Origin: an uncultured Acidobacteriaceae bacterium
GTDB taxonomy: Bacteria > Acidobacteriota > Terriglobia > Terriglobales > Acidobacteriaceae
DNA length: 64,000 bases
Assembly: GCA_963752215.1 (NCBI GenBank)
Contig: CAVVXR010000019.1
Location: 17,657 to 81,656 of the forward strand
Direction: 5' to 3'
Part shown: positions 22,255 to 31,607 of the stretch, one piece after another
Layout of the letters: the number at the start of each line of letters is the position of its first letter
How positions within the stretch are numbered: the stretch's first letter is position 1
The notes under the pieces: model-generated
Databases searched by the model: none
What the model saw: only the letters and a program-made list of their open reading frames with translations
What the model was told of the DNA's origin: nothing
Translations under genes and position numbers: made by a program

Positions 22255-23646
22255 CTAGTTCATCGCGAAACCGAAATCGATATCCGCGGTGGTCAGTATG
22301 GCTTGATCGCCGGCCAGAATGGCGCCTCTCTCAAGCACGTGTTCGAGCTCCCGCACATTTCCCGGCCAGTCGTGTGCGGAAAGCAAGTTCATTGCGTCCT
22401 CATCGAGGTGCTTGACCGGCGCATCGCGTCCCATTCGCTGCATGAAGTGATCTACAAGCAAGGGCAGATCCTCAGCGTGCTCGGTCAACGAAGGCGTGCG
22501 AATCAAGAAGACGGCAAGCCGGTAGTAAAGATCGGAGCGAAAGGCGCCTGTCTGCGTCTGCTGAGCCAACGGCTGATGAGTGGCCGCCACAATGCGCACA
22601 TCCACTTTCACGGTCTCGTTCTCGCCAACGCGCTGCAGTTCTCCGCACTCGACGAAGCGCAGGAGCTTGGATTGAAGCGCCAACGGCATCTCGCCGATTT
22701 CGTCCAGAAATAGCGTTCCTCCATCGGCGCTCTCTATGCGACCTGTGCGTCCCTGCACCGCCCCGGTAAAGGCTCCCCGGGTGTGACCGAACAGCTCGGC
22801 CTCAAGGAGGGCTTCGGGTATGGCAGCGCAGTTTATGACGACAAAAGGCTTGCGGCTCCGCGTCGAAAGCCGATGCAGCGCTTTGGCAACCAGCTCCTTG
22901 CCGGAGCCGGTGGGCCCTTCAATCAGCACCGGGGTTGAGCGTGGGCCTACCAGACGAACGCGACGGCCGATCTCAAGCATGGAGGCAGCGTTGCCAATCA
23001 ATTCCGGGAGTTGGCTCCTCGCTGCATCGTCGTCAACACGGCTCAACGTTTCAGTTCGAAACAAAGCGACGCTTGCGGGGCCGGTCGGAGCGGAAAGCCG
23101 AACGTGCAACGCGCCTTTCGCCATCGAAGCAGGCAGAAACGTACGAGCTGGAGGCGGGATCGGCCAGGAGCCGGAGCAAATTTCACTGGGAGATGAGTTG
23201 GAGCCGTCGAGCGCAGGCGCTGTCTTCCATGCCGCCGTGTCTGTATCCTGGCTGTGCCGTAGTGCGTAAAGCAATTCCTGGCGGAAAGGCCCACGCGGAC
23301 TTTCCCCGGTCGACGAACTGCCTGCGGTCACCAGGTCTATGAGTGGAAACGTGCTGCGAAAGTCTGTGAGGAACTCCGCCAGATCGAGATCGGGCAGCCA
23401 CGAATCGACGATGATCGCTTCAGGGGCAACCGCTACAGCTTCAGCCCATGCCTGAGCGCCACCTTCAGCCTCGCATACCTGCCAGCGAAGGCCGATCAGG
23501 ACTTCAGAGAGCCGTTGTCGAAAGCTCCGGTCCGCGCTGGCGATCACAGCAGTGCGCGTCCGGATGCGGCTGGTGGCGGCAAGTACAGGCGCTGGAATAT
23601 TCAACATGCGAATTCTCCTAAGGCTAGGCTGGTCACACGAGTTCAC
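22255..23646 (-). CDS. Sigma54 enhancer-binding protein with atypical REC domain and no C-terminal HTH
   Basis: GPTGSGKE, GAFTGA, LFLDEIG, WPGNVREL; ends about 25 aa after VREL. Confidence 0.93.
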   Translation of the reverse strand: MNSCDQPSLRRIRMLNIPAPVLAATSRIRTRTAVIASADRSFRQRLSEVLIGLRWQVCEAEGGAQAWAEAVAVAPEAIIVDSWLPDLDLAEFLTDFRSTFPLIDLVTAGSSSTGESPRGPFRQELLYALRHSQDTDTAAWKTAPALDGSNSSPSEICSGSWPIPPPARTFLPASMAKGALHVRLSAPTGPASVALFRTETLSRVDDDAARSQLPELIGNAASMLEIGRRVRLVGPRSTPVLIEGPTGSGKELVAKALHRLSTRSRKPFVVINCAAIPEALLEAELFGHTRGAFTGAVQGRTGRIESADGGTLFLDEIGEMPLALQSKLLRFVECGELQRVGENETVKVDVRIVAATHQPLAQQTQTGAFRSDLYYRLAVFLIRTPSLTEHAEDLPLLVDHFMQRMGRDAPVKHLDEDAMNLLSAHDWPGNVRELEHVLERGAILAGDQAILTTADIDFGFAMN

Positions 23647-24422
23647 TGCAACTCAGGGGTGACGGCGGCTGACGCCGCGGTGGTTTGAAGCAAAGGACCA
23701 TGCGGTGGGATAGCCAACGTGAGGGCGGATGTTGCCACGGGCAACGCGAGATCGGCCTCCAGGGGCATCAAATAACCCTGCCCACGGACCGTTCGGATTA
23801 GTTGGCCCGGAGGCGGATCCTTAAGCTTGCGGCGCAGGTAGTTCACGTACACGTCCACGATGTTGGTGGTCTGTGCAGGTTCCAAATTCCACACTGACTC
23901 CAGCAGTTCCACGCGCGATACACACTGGCCTCGATTGAGCATCAAATTTTCAAGCAGTGCGAATTCCTTGTTGGTGAGGATTATCGGCACTGAGCCGCGG
24001 CGCGCGGAATGTTCGAGTCGGTCCAATTCCAGGTCTCCGGCGCGCAACTTCAACCGCGTCTCCCGCTTGCGCCGCAACAGGGCCCGGCAACGTGCGCGCA
24101 GCTCATGGAGACTGAATGGCTTCACCATTAGGTCGTCGGCACCCAGATCGAAGCAGCGAACGCGCGTGTCAATCTCCTGTCGGGCGGTAAGCACCAGAAT
24201 TGGAAGATCAAGGTCAATCAGGCGGATCTCGACCAGCGCTTGTTCACCATCTTTGACTGGCATGTTGAGATCGAGGATGGTCAGATCGGGTAGTTCCTCG
24301 CGAAAGGCATCAACGGCTTCCACTCCGTCGCGGACTAGACGAATCCGGTGCCCATCGGCCTCGAGACCGCGACTTAGAAACAATCCCAGCGCGTTGTCAT
24401 CTTCGGCAATTAGTAACCGCAT
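23643..24422 (-). CDS. OmpR-family response regulator
   Basis: LLIAEDD, LDLNMP, KPF and winged helix NIVDVYVNYLRRKL...TVRGQGY. Confidence 0.95.
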   Translation of the reverse strand: MRLLIAEDDNALGLFLSRGLEADGHRIRLVRDGVEAVDAFREELPDLTILDLNMPVKDGEQALVEIRLIDLDLPILVLTARQEIDTRVRCFDLGADDLMVKPFSLHELRARCRALLRRKRETRLKLRAGDLELDRLEHSARRGSVPIILTNKEFALLENLMLNRGQCVSRVELLESVWNLEPAQTTNIVDVYVNYLRRKLKDPPPGQLIRTVRGQGYLMPLEADLALPVATSALTLAIPPHGPLLQTTAASAAVTPELQ

Positions 24423-24546
24423 TGCACCTTCTCTCCCCGGCAAGCCGGCAAATCTAAATGACGGCCACATTCACATTTCAGCCGGCACTTTAGCGTGCAC
24501 TAACCAGTTACCTCCTTCACCATCAAACGAGATGGGAAGGAACTCA

Positions 24547-24576
24547 AGGTTAGAAAAATAAAAGTTGACTTTGCAA
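24547..24576 (-). promoter_or_regulatory. Putative sigma70 promoter for the RR-EBP operon
   Basis: TTGCAA-N18-TAACCT on the minus strand. Confidence 0.45.
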
Positions 24577-24738
24577 TCCCGAAAAGGGACCTTGTTTTCG
24601 AATGTTTCCCGAAAAATGCGACGCAAAACGATTCGTGACGATTGTCACTTTCGGCGGATGGAATTACGGGGGGCGCGGCAGTTCCCTGCGAGCCGCCTAG
24701 GTCGCAAATCTTCTGCGGCTACAGCCTGGTCAGCGGGC

Positions 24739-25842
24739 TTATCGCCTCGAACCTTCCGCATTTTTCCGGGAAACCGCTTTGAGCTCATACATAGCGGCGT
24801 CGGCTCGTGCGAGGAGATCTTTCATGGTTTCGGGCCGAGAATACTCCGCGACGCCAATTGAGGCGTTGATTTGCAGGTTCCCTGGCCCGGACTTTCCGAT
24901 TATTTTATAGCTCCCGCAGATCCAGTCTCTGAGCCGGTCAATCTGTGCTCGCGCCTCGGTCAGAGCGCAATCTAACAGGATAATGAATTCATCACCGCCC
25001 CAGCGTCCAACCACATCTGTCGGACGGCAAGCGAACTTGATTTCAGAGGCAAGCTGCTTCATCAGTTCGTCTCCGGCCAGATGGCCATGATTGTCGTTCA
25101 CCTTCTTGAAATCGTCAATGTCGAGAATTGCAATGCACAGCGGAACTGCGCCCGCCATCCTGCGCTCAATCTGGCCCTCCACCGAAAAGCGATTGTGCAG
25201 CCCGGTGAGACCGTCACGAGAAGCAATTTGCTCGGCTTCTTCCAGCCTGGCCTGGTAGCCAGAGGCTTCCACTTGAAGCTTCTCAATGGTGGCCTTCCCT
25301 TCCGCGGTCATTCTTTCGATTTCCGACTTTAACTCCGCAGCACTCTGCTTAATTGAGGCGCGAACTTCAGTAAGGTCGTCCAGACTGGCAATTTTTTGCA
25401 GCCGGACCGTGACCGCGTCGATCTGTCCGGCGCAGCGCTGATCGCGTTCACCGACGGATTCGGCGGTCCGAGCCAGGACAATCAGCAACTCTCTCACTTC
25501 TCGAGTCTTTTGCCGATTCTGCCGGACCGCTCTCGCGCCCCAGTCCTTCAATTGTTCCCGCACGATCGCTTCCGCGTCTGCGACCTGCCCAGCACTCATG
25601 TCGCAGGTCAAGCTCTCTTCCACTTTGTCAAGGCTTCGTTTCAGGTTCATACCGAGCGCAGGATAGGCCTCAAATGCGCAGTTGCCCATCTCAAGTAACG
25701 CCGAGCCATAGGCAGCGATCGTAACGGGAAGAATGCCGTCGTCATCCGAGTTGCCGTCCGCTTGAGTACAGCCTGATGGGGAATCAAGATATTTCTTTAG
25801 CGAGATCATTGGGCTCCTGAACGGTGCTATCTCTGGGCTCAT
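24739..25842 (-). CDS. Cytoplasmic coiled-coil diguanylate cyclase
   Basis: DGLTGLHNR, DIDDFKKVND, RPTD I-site, RWGGDEF. Confidence 0.93.
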   Translation of the reverse strand: MSPEIAPFRSPMISLKKYLDSPSGCTQADGNSDDDGILPVTIAAYGSALLEMGNCAFEAYPALGMNLKRSLDKVEESLTCDMSAGQVADAEAIVREQLKDWGARAVRQNRQKTREVRELLIVLARTAESVGERDQRCAGQIDAVTVRLQKIASLDDLTEVRASIKQSAAELKSEIERMTAEGKATIEKLQVEASGYQARLEEAEQIASRDGLTGLHNRFSVEGQIERRMAGAVPLCIAILDIDDFKKVNDNHGHLAGDELMKQLASEIKFACRPTDVVGRWGGDEFIILLDCALTEARAQIDRLRDWICGSYKIIGKSGPGNLQINASIGVAEYSRPETMKDLLARADAAMYELKAVSRKNAEGSRR

Positions 25843-25894
25843 CCCTGCCCCGGGTACGGCAAAGAAGCATCGGTGAAAAGCTCCTCATTGATGA

Positions 25895-25922
25895 GTATCG
25901 GCAGAATCATGGCTTTTCTTTA
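25895..25922 (-). promoter_or_regulatory. Sigma28 promoter for the DGC gene
   Basis: TAAA-N16-GCCGATAC on the minus strand. Confidence 0.75.
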
Positions 25923-26130
25923 GGAGAGCGTCGATTCCAGGATGCTGAATGCGTAATTTGTTGTCTGGAGATGACTTCGAGCGTTTAGGAAACAGATTGC
26001 GTTCGACAGAAGGCGGCGCGTCGTGGCGCAGACGCGCAGACAGCACTGCCCTTCGACGCGTCGGCTGAAATCTCCCCTTCGGATTCCTTGCCGGCCAGAT
26101 GAGCTTTTTAAAGTTTTTTTTAACTCCGAC

Positions 26131-26157
26131 TAGAATCCGCAAAAGAGATGCCGATAG
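26131..26157 (+). promoter_or_regulatory. Sigma28 promoter for flagellin
   Basis: TAGA-N15-GCCGATAG. Confidence 0.8.
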
Positions 26158-26260
26158 ATTGCCCGCAAGATAAACCTCCTGCTCCAAGTAACGATTCTGA
26201 GCTGTGCTGTAGGCAGAACGGTTTCGGTGCAGGCGGAATTCGAAACGAGGAGCCAACACA

Positions 26261-27082
26261 ATGAGCATTAGCGTACTGAACAACGTTTCTTCGCTGATCG
26301 CGGAGAATGCAGTTTCCAACACGCAGGCAAGCCTGCAAAAGAACCTTCAACAACTCTCCACCGGCTTGAAGATCAACTCCGGTGCCGACGACCCGGCGGG
26401 CCTGTCAATTGCCGCTGACTTGGGCGCCAGCATCTCAGCCCTCACTCAGTCCAGCCAGAACGCATCGAACGGCGTCGGCCTCTTGCAGACCGCCGATGGC
26501 GCGCTCTCGCAGGTCAACACCATCCTCAACCAGGCCATAACAATCGCAACCGAAGCTGCCAACGGCGGCCTCACCACGGCACAGTCGACGGCACTGAATA
26601 CTGAATTCCAGTCGATTCTGACGGAAATCAACAACATTGGCTCGACCACAAACTACAACGGAACGGCCGTGTTCAGCGCAACCGCCAACACAACGTTCAC
26701 CAGCGATGGTACCTCCAGCGGAGCCATCACCACCAGCACCGCCGTCGGCGCGCTTTCAGCCACAACGCTGGCGCTGAACGCCGACGTCCTGACCTCGGCA
26801 ACTGCGGCCCAAACCGCACTGACCGACATCACGGCCGCAATCAACACCGTTTCGGCGACTCGCGGAACGATTGGCGCCAGCATCAACCAGCTGACGTCAG
26901 ACACGAATGTTGAAAACACGCAGGTGCAAAACCTCACCAGCGCTCAGAACAACATTCAGAATGCGGATATTGCGAAGGTGACCTCCAGCCTGACCCAGAA
27001 CAACATTCTGGAACAGACCGGCTTCGCGGCTATCCAGCAATCGAACTCGGCGGAGCAGAACGTTCTGAAGCTCCTCCAGTAA
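26261..27082 (+). CDS. fliC: Flagellin (minimal, 273 aa)
   Basis: LSTGLKINSGADDPAG, QTADGAL, I.NAD.A and NVLKLLQ termini; GAGGAG SD. Confidence 0.97.
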   Translation: MSISVLNNVSSLIAENAVSNTQASLQKNLQQLSTGLKINSGADDPAGLSIAADLGASISALTQSSQNASNGVGLLQTADGALSQVNTILNQAITIATEAANGGLTTAQSTALNTEFQSILTEINNIGSTTNYNGTAVFSATANTTFTSDGTSSGAITTSTAVGALSATTLALNADVLTSATAAQTALTDITAAINTVSATRGTIGASINQLTSDTNVENTQVQNLTSAQNNIQNADIAKVTSSLTQNNILEQTGFAAIQQSNSAEQNVLKLLQ

Positions 27083-27100
27083 AATCTTTAACTTTCTCCC

Positions 27101-27136
27101 AACGGTGGCGCTTTAACGGCGCCACCGTTATTTTTC
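27101..27136 (+). terminator. Intrinsic terminator after flagellin
   Basis: AACGGTGGCGC-N7-GCGCCACCGTT followed by ATTTTTC. Confidence 0.9.
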
Positions 27137-27150
27137 TTGTTCCACTGCAC

Positions 27151-27178
27151 TGAACAATCAGCCCGGATCTGCCGATAT
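27151..27178 (+). promoter_or_regulatory. Sigma28 promoter for fliD-fliS
   Basis: TGAA-N16-GCCGATAT. Confidence 0.65.
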
Positions 27179-27253
27179 TGTGGTACGGTTAAACGCGATC
27201 TAACGCAGACGCGCATGAACTGGCGCGTTCGGCGCGAAGGAGCGGGAAAACTT

Positions 27254-28681
27254 ATGAGTTCATCCTCTATATTGGGTTCGCTTCTATCCTCGTCAAATTC
27301 GTCATCGTCTATAGACTTGAGCTCCATTCTTGAGGCGGCAACGGGGGCATCCAGCTCAGGCATCGACGTTACGTCGGCCGTGAACTCAGCGGTGGCCGCC
27401 GCGGAGGCTCCAGAGTCCGCGTGGGAATCGCAGCAGACGACGCTACAAAATCAGACAAGCGCGTTGGACTCGATCCAGACTGATGCGACCAACCTCGACA
27501 ACGATATGCAGGCGCTCAACAACTTGAGCGGTCCACTTTCCGCAGCGACAGTAAGTTCTTCAAACTCCAGTATCGTCACAGGTTCGGCGGCTTCCGGAAG
27601 CACTGCCGGAAACAACGTGGTGGTCGTCAATAGTCTGGCGACTGCGGCGTCCTATGCTTCGAAAGCAGTGACCAGCGCCACAACGGATTTGCCCGCAGAG
27701 AGCATTACCATCACTCCTGCCGGCGGCTCGACTACAACCATCACGACCGGCAGCGGCGTAGATACCTTGACCGACCTGGAGAACGCTATCAATAACGCGG
27801 GACTGGGCGTCACGGCCAGCGTTATCACCGATGCCAACGGCGCTCAACTGGCAATTGTCAGCAACACGACAGGCAGTGCCGGCGCCTTCACGGTGTCATC
27901 GTCCGGGGGAAGCTTTGGCTTTACCCAGGGGCAGCCCGGCAGCAATGCCTCCCTCACCGTGAACGGGATCAGCATTTCCAGCACATCGAATACGGTCACA
28001 GGAGTCATCCCCGGCGTGACGCTCAATCTGCAGGGAGCCAATCCGGGAACTCAAGTGAGCCTCGACGTCGCACCGGATACCTCGCAGGCGGCAACAGCAA
28101 TCAATCAGTTTGTCAGCGATTACAACACGCTGATCAAAGACGTAAATGCCCAGTTCACGTATACCCCGGGTTCGGGTCAGGGCGTGCTGGCAGAGGATCC
28201 CACCTTGCGGACTCTGCAAAGCGATTTGCTGGGGGCACTGGATTACACGTCTACGACCGGATCGGGGAGTGGTGCAACAGTGATGAGCCTGGCAACGATG
28301 GGCATCTCGGTGAATTCTGATGGCACCCTCAGCGTGGATAACTCAACCCTGAACAGGGCACTCCAGAGTAACTACAGTGAGGTGCAGAATTTTTTTCAAG
28401 GGACTGCGCTCAATGGATTTGCCAATTCAATGGATCAACAGCTGACCAGCTTCATCAGCCCTGCGGACGGAGCGTTTACAGTGGATCTGCAGAGTATCAG
28501 CACCGAATACACCGGACTGCAGGACGATATCAACAATTTCCAAGCGAACGTGATTGCACCGCTAAAAACACAGCTGCAAAGCGAATACAGCCAAGCGGAA
28601 ATCTCCTTGCAGGAACTGCCTGCCGAACTAAAAGATGTCGATGCCGAGCTGGGTATCAACACTTCCTCATCAGGAAACTAA
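27254..28681 (+). CDS. fliD: Flagellar filament cap protein
   Basis: SGIDV, NASLTVNGI...SNTV..VIPGVTLNL, FVSDYN; lies between fliC and fliS. Confidence 0.94.
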   Translation: MSSSSILGSLLSSSNSSSSIDLSSILEAATGASSSGIDVTSAVNSAVAAAEAPESAWESQQTTLQNQTSALDSIQTDATNLDNDMQALNNLSGPLSAATVSSSNSSIVTGSAASGSTAGNNVVVVNSLATAASYASKAVTSATTDLPAESITITPAGGSTTTITTGSGVDTLTDLENAINNAGLGVTASVITDANGAQLAIVSNTTGSAGAFTVSSSGGSFGFTQGQPGSNASLTVNGISISSTSNTVTGVIPGVTLNLQGANPGTQVSLDVAPDTSQAATAINQFVSDYNTLIKDVNAQFTYTPGSGQGVLAEDPTLRTLQSDLLGALDYTSTTGSGSGATVMSLATMGISVNSDGTLSVDNSTLNRALQSNYSEVQNFFQGTALNGFANSMDQQLTSFISPADGAFTVDLQSISTEYTGLQDDINNFQANVIAPLKTQLQSEYSQAEISLQELPAELKDVDAELGINTSSSGN

Positions 28682-28693
28682 CCGGAGAAGACC

Positions 28694-29161
28694 ATGAGCC
28701 CGACGGAAATGGCATATAGGAGAACTGCACTTAGCGGCGCCAGCGGATTCAGCTTGCTGATTGCACTTTACGATACTCTTGCTGGAGATCTGCGCCGAGC
28801 TGCGCAGGCTGAACGCAATGATGACCTTGAGCAACGCGGCCGGCAAGTGAATCATGCCTTGCTGATCGTAGGGCTTTTGGAAGAATGGATCGATCGGGGG
28901 ACGGGCGGAGAACTGGCAGCGCAACTCAAGGGCTTTTACAACTCGCTTCGGAGCGGGATGATCGAAGCTCAAGCCAAAAGATCTCCAGAGATACTTGAAG
29001 AGTATATGGGGCGAGTCCTTGAAATTCGGGAGGCCTGGCAAAAGGCCGAGAGCAGTGGAACAACATCCAGGGTGCAGGTTTCGGGCTTGGTTCAAGCTTC
29101 TGCCTACCCCGGTTCCTCATTGCCGATTCGCGAGCGCAGCTCATCTGGCTGGCTGGCTTAA
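28694..29161 (+). CDS. fliS: Flagellin chaperone
   Basis: AYRR...LLIALYD, GGELA..L..FY, IREAW. Confidence 0.9.
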   Translation: MSPTEMAYRRTALSGASGFSLLIALYDTLAGDLRRAAQAERNDDLEQRGRQVNHALLIVGLLEEWIDRGTGGELAAQLKGFYNSLRSGMIEAQAKRSPEILEEYMGRVLEIREAWQKAESSGTTSRVQVSGLVQASAYPGSSLPIRERSSSGWLA

Positions 29162-29251
29162 TTCTCCCTCATCGCGGCATGAAAGGTTCAAACGCTCTGC
29201 GTCGTGACGCGGGCAAGCGCATTGAGGCCAGGGATTGTTTGTTGAAACTGA

Positions 29252-29289
29252 GCGGCAGCGAAGGACCACTTCGTTGCCGCATTTGTTTT
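29252..29289. terminator. Hairpin between convergent fliS and flgL
   Basis: GCGGCAGCGAAG-N5-CTTCGTTGCCGC followed by ATTTGTTTT. Confidence 0.75.
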
Positions 29290-29320
29290 CCTGGTGGAAG
29301 GGATGTAGCAAAAAACGGAG

Positions 29321-30220
29321 TTAGGCTGGGTTAGACAGGTAATTCATCAAGGAGATTGGCAGAACCTTTGCTGCCGCGGCGAGGGCCGCGTTATTGTCAG
29401 TCTCAGCCTGGCTGAGGTTCGTTGCTGCTGTGGCTTCATCCACGCCTATCAGATTGTTCTCCTGGGAGGCCAGGCTCACCGTATCCTGCTGCAGGTATGT
29501 TCCCTGCGCGGTTAACTGCTGCTCAGCATTGCCATAGAACACTTGCTGCTGACCAACGAAATTGACTGCCGAGTCCACACTTGCCGTGGCCGTTGCGATC
29601 TGCGAGCTTGTCCCGCTTTGTAGCGCCGTGACCAGTGAACTTAGCGCACCAAGAACGTTGTTGCCCGAATTCGAGAATATCTGACTGCCCGGAAGGTCTA
29701 CCTGGACGCTGGTATCATCGCCCACTTGCACCGAGTTCGCGTCGTTATTGCCGTTGTAGGTGTAGCCGGTAGGCGACGACGGATCCGCGGTGTATGGAGT
29801 TGCTGAGCTGGTTCCCCCAAAAAGATACGTCCCCCCGACCGAAGTATTGGCGAGAGTCACAACAGAAGCTAGAATTCCTTGAACCTGTTCTGCCAGCGCC
29901 TGCCGATCGGCGGAAGAGTTTGTGCCATTTGCGCCCTCGGTACCGAGCGACACTGCCTGAGTGAGAGCCGTAATCACCGAGCTCAACGAGGAACTGGCGG
30001 ACTGAACTGTGGACTGAACCGACGAAATGTTCTTCGTATATTGATCCACGTCTCCGGTCTCAATTGTGTTTTCGACCATCTCCGCTGCCGCTGAGGGGTT
30101 GTCTGATGGCACGTTTACGCTTTTGCCGGTAGACACCTGCTGCAGCGCAGTGTTGAGCGACACCTGGCTCGTTTGCAGGTCGGAGAGAACTTCGGGAACA
30201 AGGTTTGGGTCGATGCGCAT
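29321..30220 (-). CDS. flgL: Hook-filament junction protein 3
   Basis: MRI, STGK.V..PSDNP, YLFGG, SLMNYL. Confidence 0.94.
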   Translation of the reverse strand: MRIDPNLVPEVLSDLQTSQVSLNTALQQVSTGKSVNVPSDNPSAAAEMVENTIETGDVDQYTKNISSVQSTVQSASSSLSSVITALTQAVSLGTEGANGTNSSADRQALAEQVQGILASVVTLANTSVGGTYLFGGTSSATPYTADPSSPTGYTYNGNNDANSVQVGDDTSVQVDLPGSQIFSNSGNNVLGALSSLVTALQSGTSSQIATATASVDSAVNFVGQQQVFYGNAEQQLTAQGTYLQQDTVSLASQENNLIGVDEATAATNLSQAETDNNAALAAAAKVLPISLMNYLSNPA

Positions 30221-30225
30221 AGTCG

Positions 30226-31602
30226 TCAGAAGCTCGTGGAAGATCCCATGTTCATCAGTGCGTTATTGAGTACCTGAATGGTGCTGACGATGCGAGTCGC
30301 CGCTTCATAGGCCGTCTGATAGCGAAGCAAATTGGTAGTCTCCTCGTCCACATTTACCGCGGAGACAGAACCCTGCTGAGTGGTCAGTTGGGTCAGGGTA
30401 TCGCCAATTGCTATGGATTGGGTATTGGCAGTCGAGGCTGCATTGCCGACTTGAAAAACCAAACTGGCGTAGGCGTCGACAGGCGTTTGCCCTGACGGAA
30501 GATTCTGCGTCAGGACAGCGGATAGGTTGGCGATGTTTCCGTTACTGTCGGCGGATCCATCTGAACTGATGGCGATTTGGGACGGATCAGTCACGGCCAC
30601 GCTGATGCCGGCCGCGGCATTGCTCGGATTCGATAGGATTGTAAAGAAAGCCGCGCCTGGGTTGCCATTCGAATCGGTGCCTTCCGCCTGCGCTGAGTTG
30701 AACGCGGTAGCAAACTGGCCGGCAAGCGTGTTCAACTGCGAGAGCAGCCCGGGAACAATCTGGTCGCGAACTTGAATGACCCCGCCGAGGGTTCCACCCT
30801 GAATCGAAGCAGTGATGTTGTTTCCATTCGAATCGATGACCTGCTGTAGACCATTGCTGCCAGCTGCGGTCTGCAGATTGTAGCTCTCCGCGCCCATAAC
30901 CAGCGGCGAGCCGTTAGCGGTGGTGATGGTCTCTCCATTGTTGCTTTGCGTAATCGAAATGCCTACCAGGCCGGAGAGTTGCTGCACCAACTGGTCGCGC
31001 TGGTCCTCAATGGTGCCGCCGTCTTCCCCCGCCGGTACCTGCGAGAGCTGGCCGTTGAGCTGTGCAATCTGTTGGGTGAGCGTGTTGATCTGAGAAACGG
31101 TTTGCGTTACCTGCCCGTTTGCTTGCGATTGCGCCGAGGTCAGTGCGTTGGCAGTGGAGTTGAAGGCGCCAGCAAGATCCTGGCCGCTGGCGATTACGCC
31201 TTGCTGAGCAGCTGTACTGGTGGGAGTTGCCGATAACTGCGCCAGGCTGCTTGAAAATGACGTGAACGCACTCGCTATGTCACTACCGGTAGTTGTAAAT
31301 GAGGTTTGAATCTGCTGAAGACTGGACAATTGTGCGTCAGCACTACTTTGCAGAGACGTCTGTTGCTGAATCTGAAGATTGAGCAGTTCGTCACGGATGC
31401 TTTGAACCGCATCCAGCGAAACGCCCCCGCCAGTTACGCTGTTACCGGACTCGTTTTGCTCGTTTTCGTTGAACTGCACCACTTCACGGGTATATCCGGG
31501 AGTGTTGGCATTGGAGATGTTGTTGCTGGTGGCATTGAGAGCGCCCTGGTTTGCCTCCAGCGCCTGCAAGCCGATCAGAAGTGATGTGTTCAAGCCGCCC
31601 AT
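30226..31602 (-). CDS. flgK: Hook-associated protein 1
   Basis: NISNANTPGYTR, DQRDQL, VNVDEE..NL..YQ.AY. Confidence 0.95.
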   Translation of the reverse strand: MGGLNTSLLIGLQALEANQGALNATSNNISNANTPGYTREVVQFNENEQNESGNSVTGGGVSLDAVQSIRDELLNLQIQQQTSLQSSADAQLSSLQQIQTSFTTTGSDIASAFTSFSSSLAQLSATPTSTAAQQGVIASGQDLAGAFNSTANALTSAQSQANGQVTQTVSQINTLTQQIAQLNGQLSQVPAGEDGGTIEDQRDQLVQQLSGLVGISITQSNNGETITTANGSPLVMGAESYNLQTAAGSNGLQQVIDSNGNNITASIQGGTLGGVIQVRDQIVPGLLSQLNTLAGQFATAFNSAQAEGTDSNGNPGAAFFTILSNPSNAAAGISVAVTDPSQIAISSDGSADSNGNIANLSAVLTQNLPSGQTPVDAYASLVFQVGNAASTANTQSIAIGDTLTQLTTQQGSVSAVNVDEETTNLLRYQTAYEAATRIVSTIQVLNNALMNMGSSTSF

Positions 31603-31607
31603 ATCGA

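Noticed and set aside
24601-24650. GAAA...GACGCAAAAC resembling a c-di-GMP-I riboswitch
   Set aside because: On the strand opposite to the flanking genes, and the P2/P3 stems and GGCAAA element cannot be built
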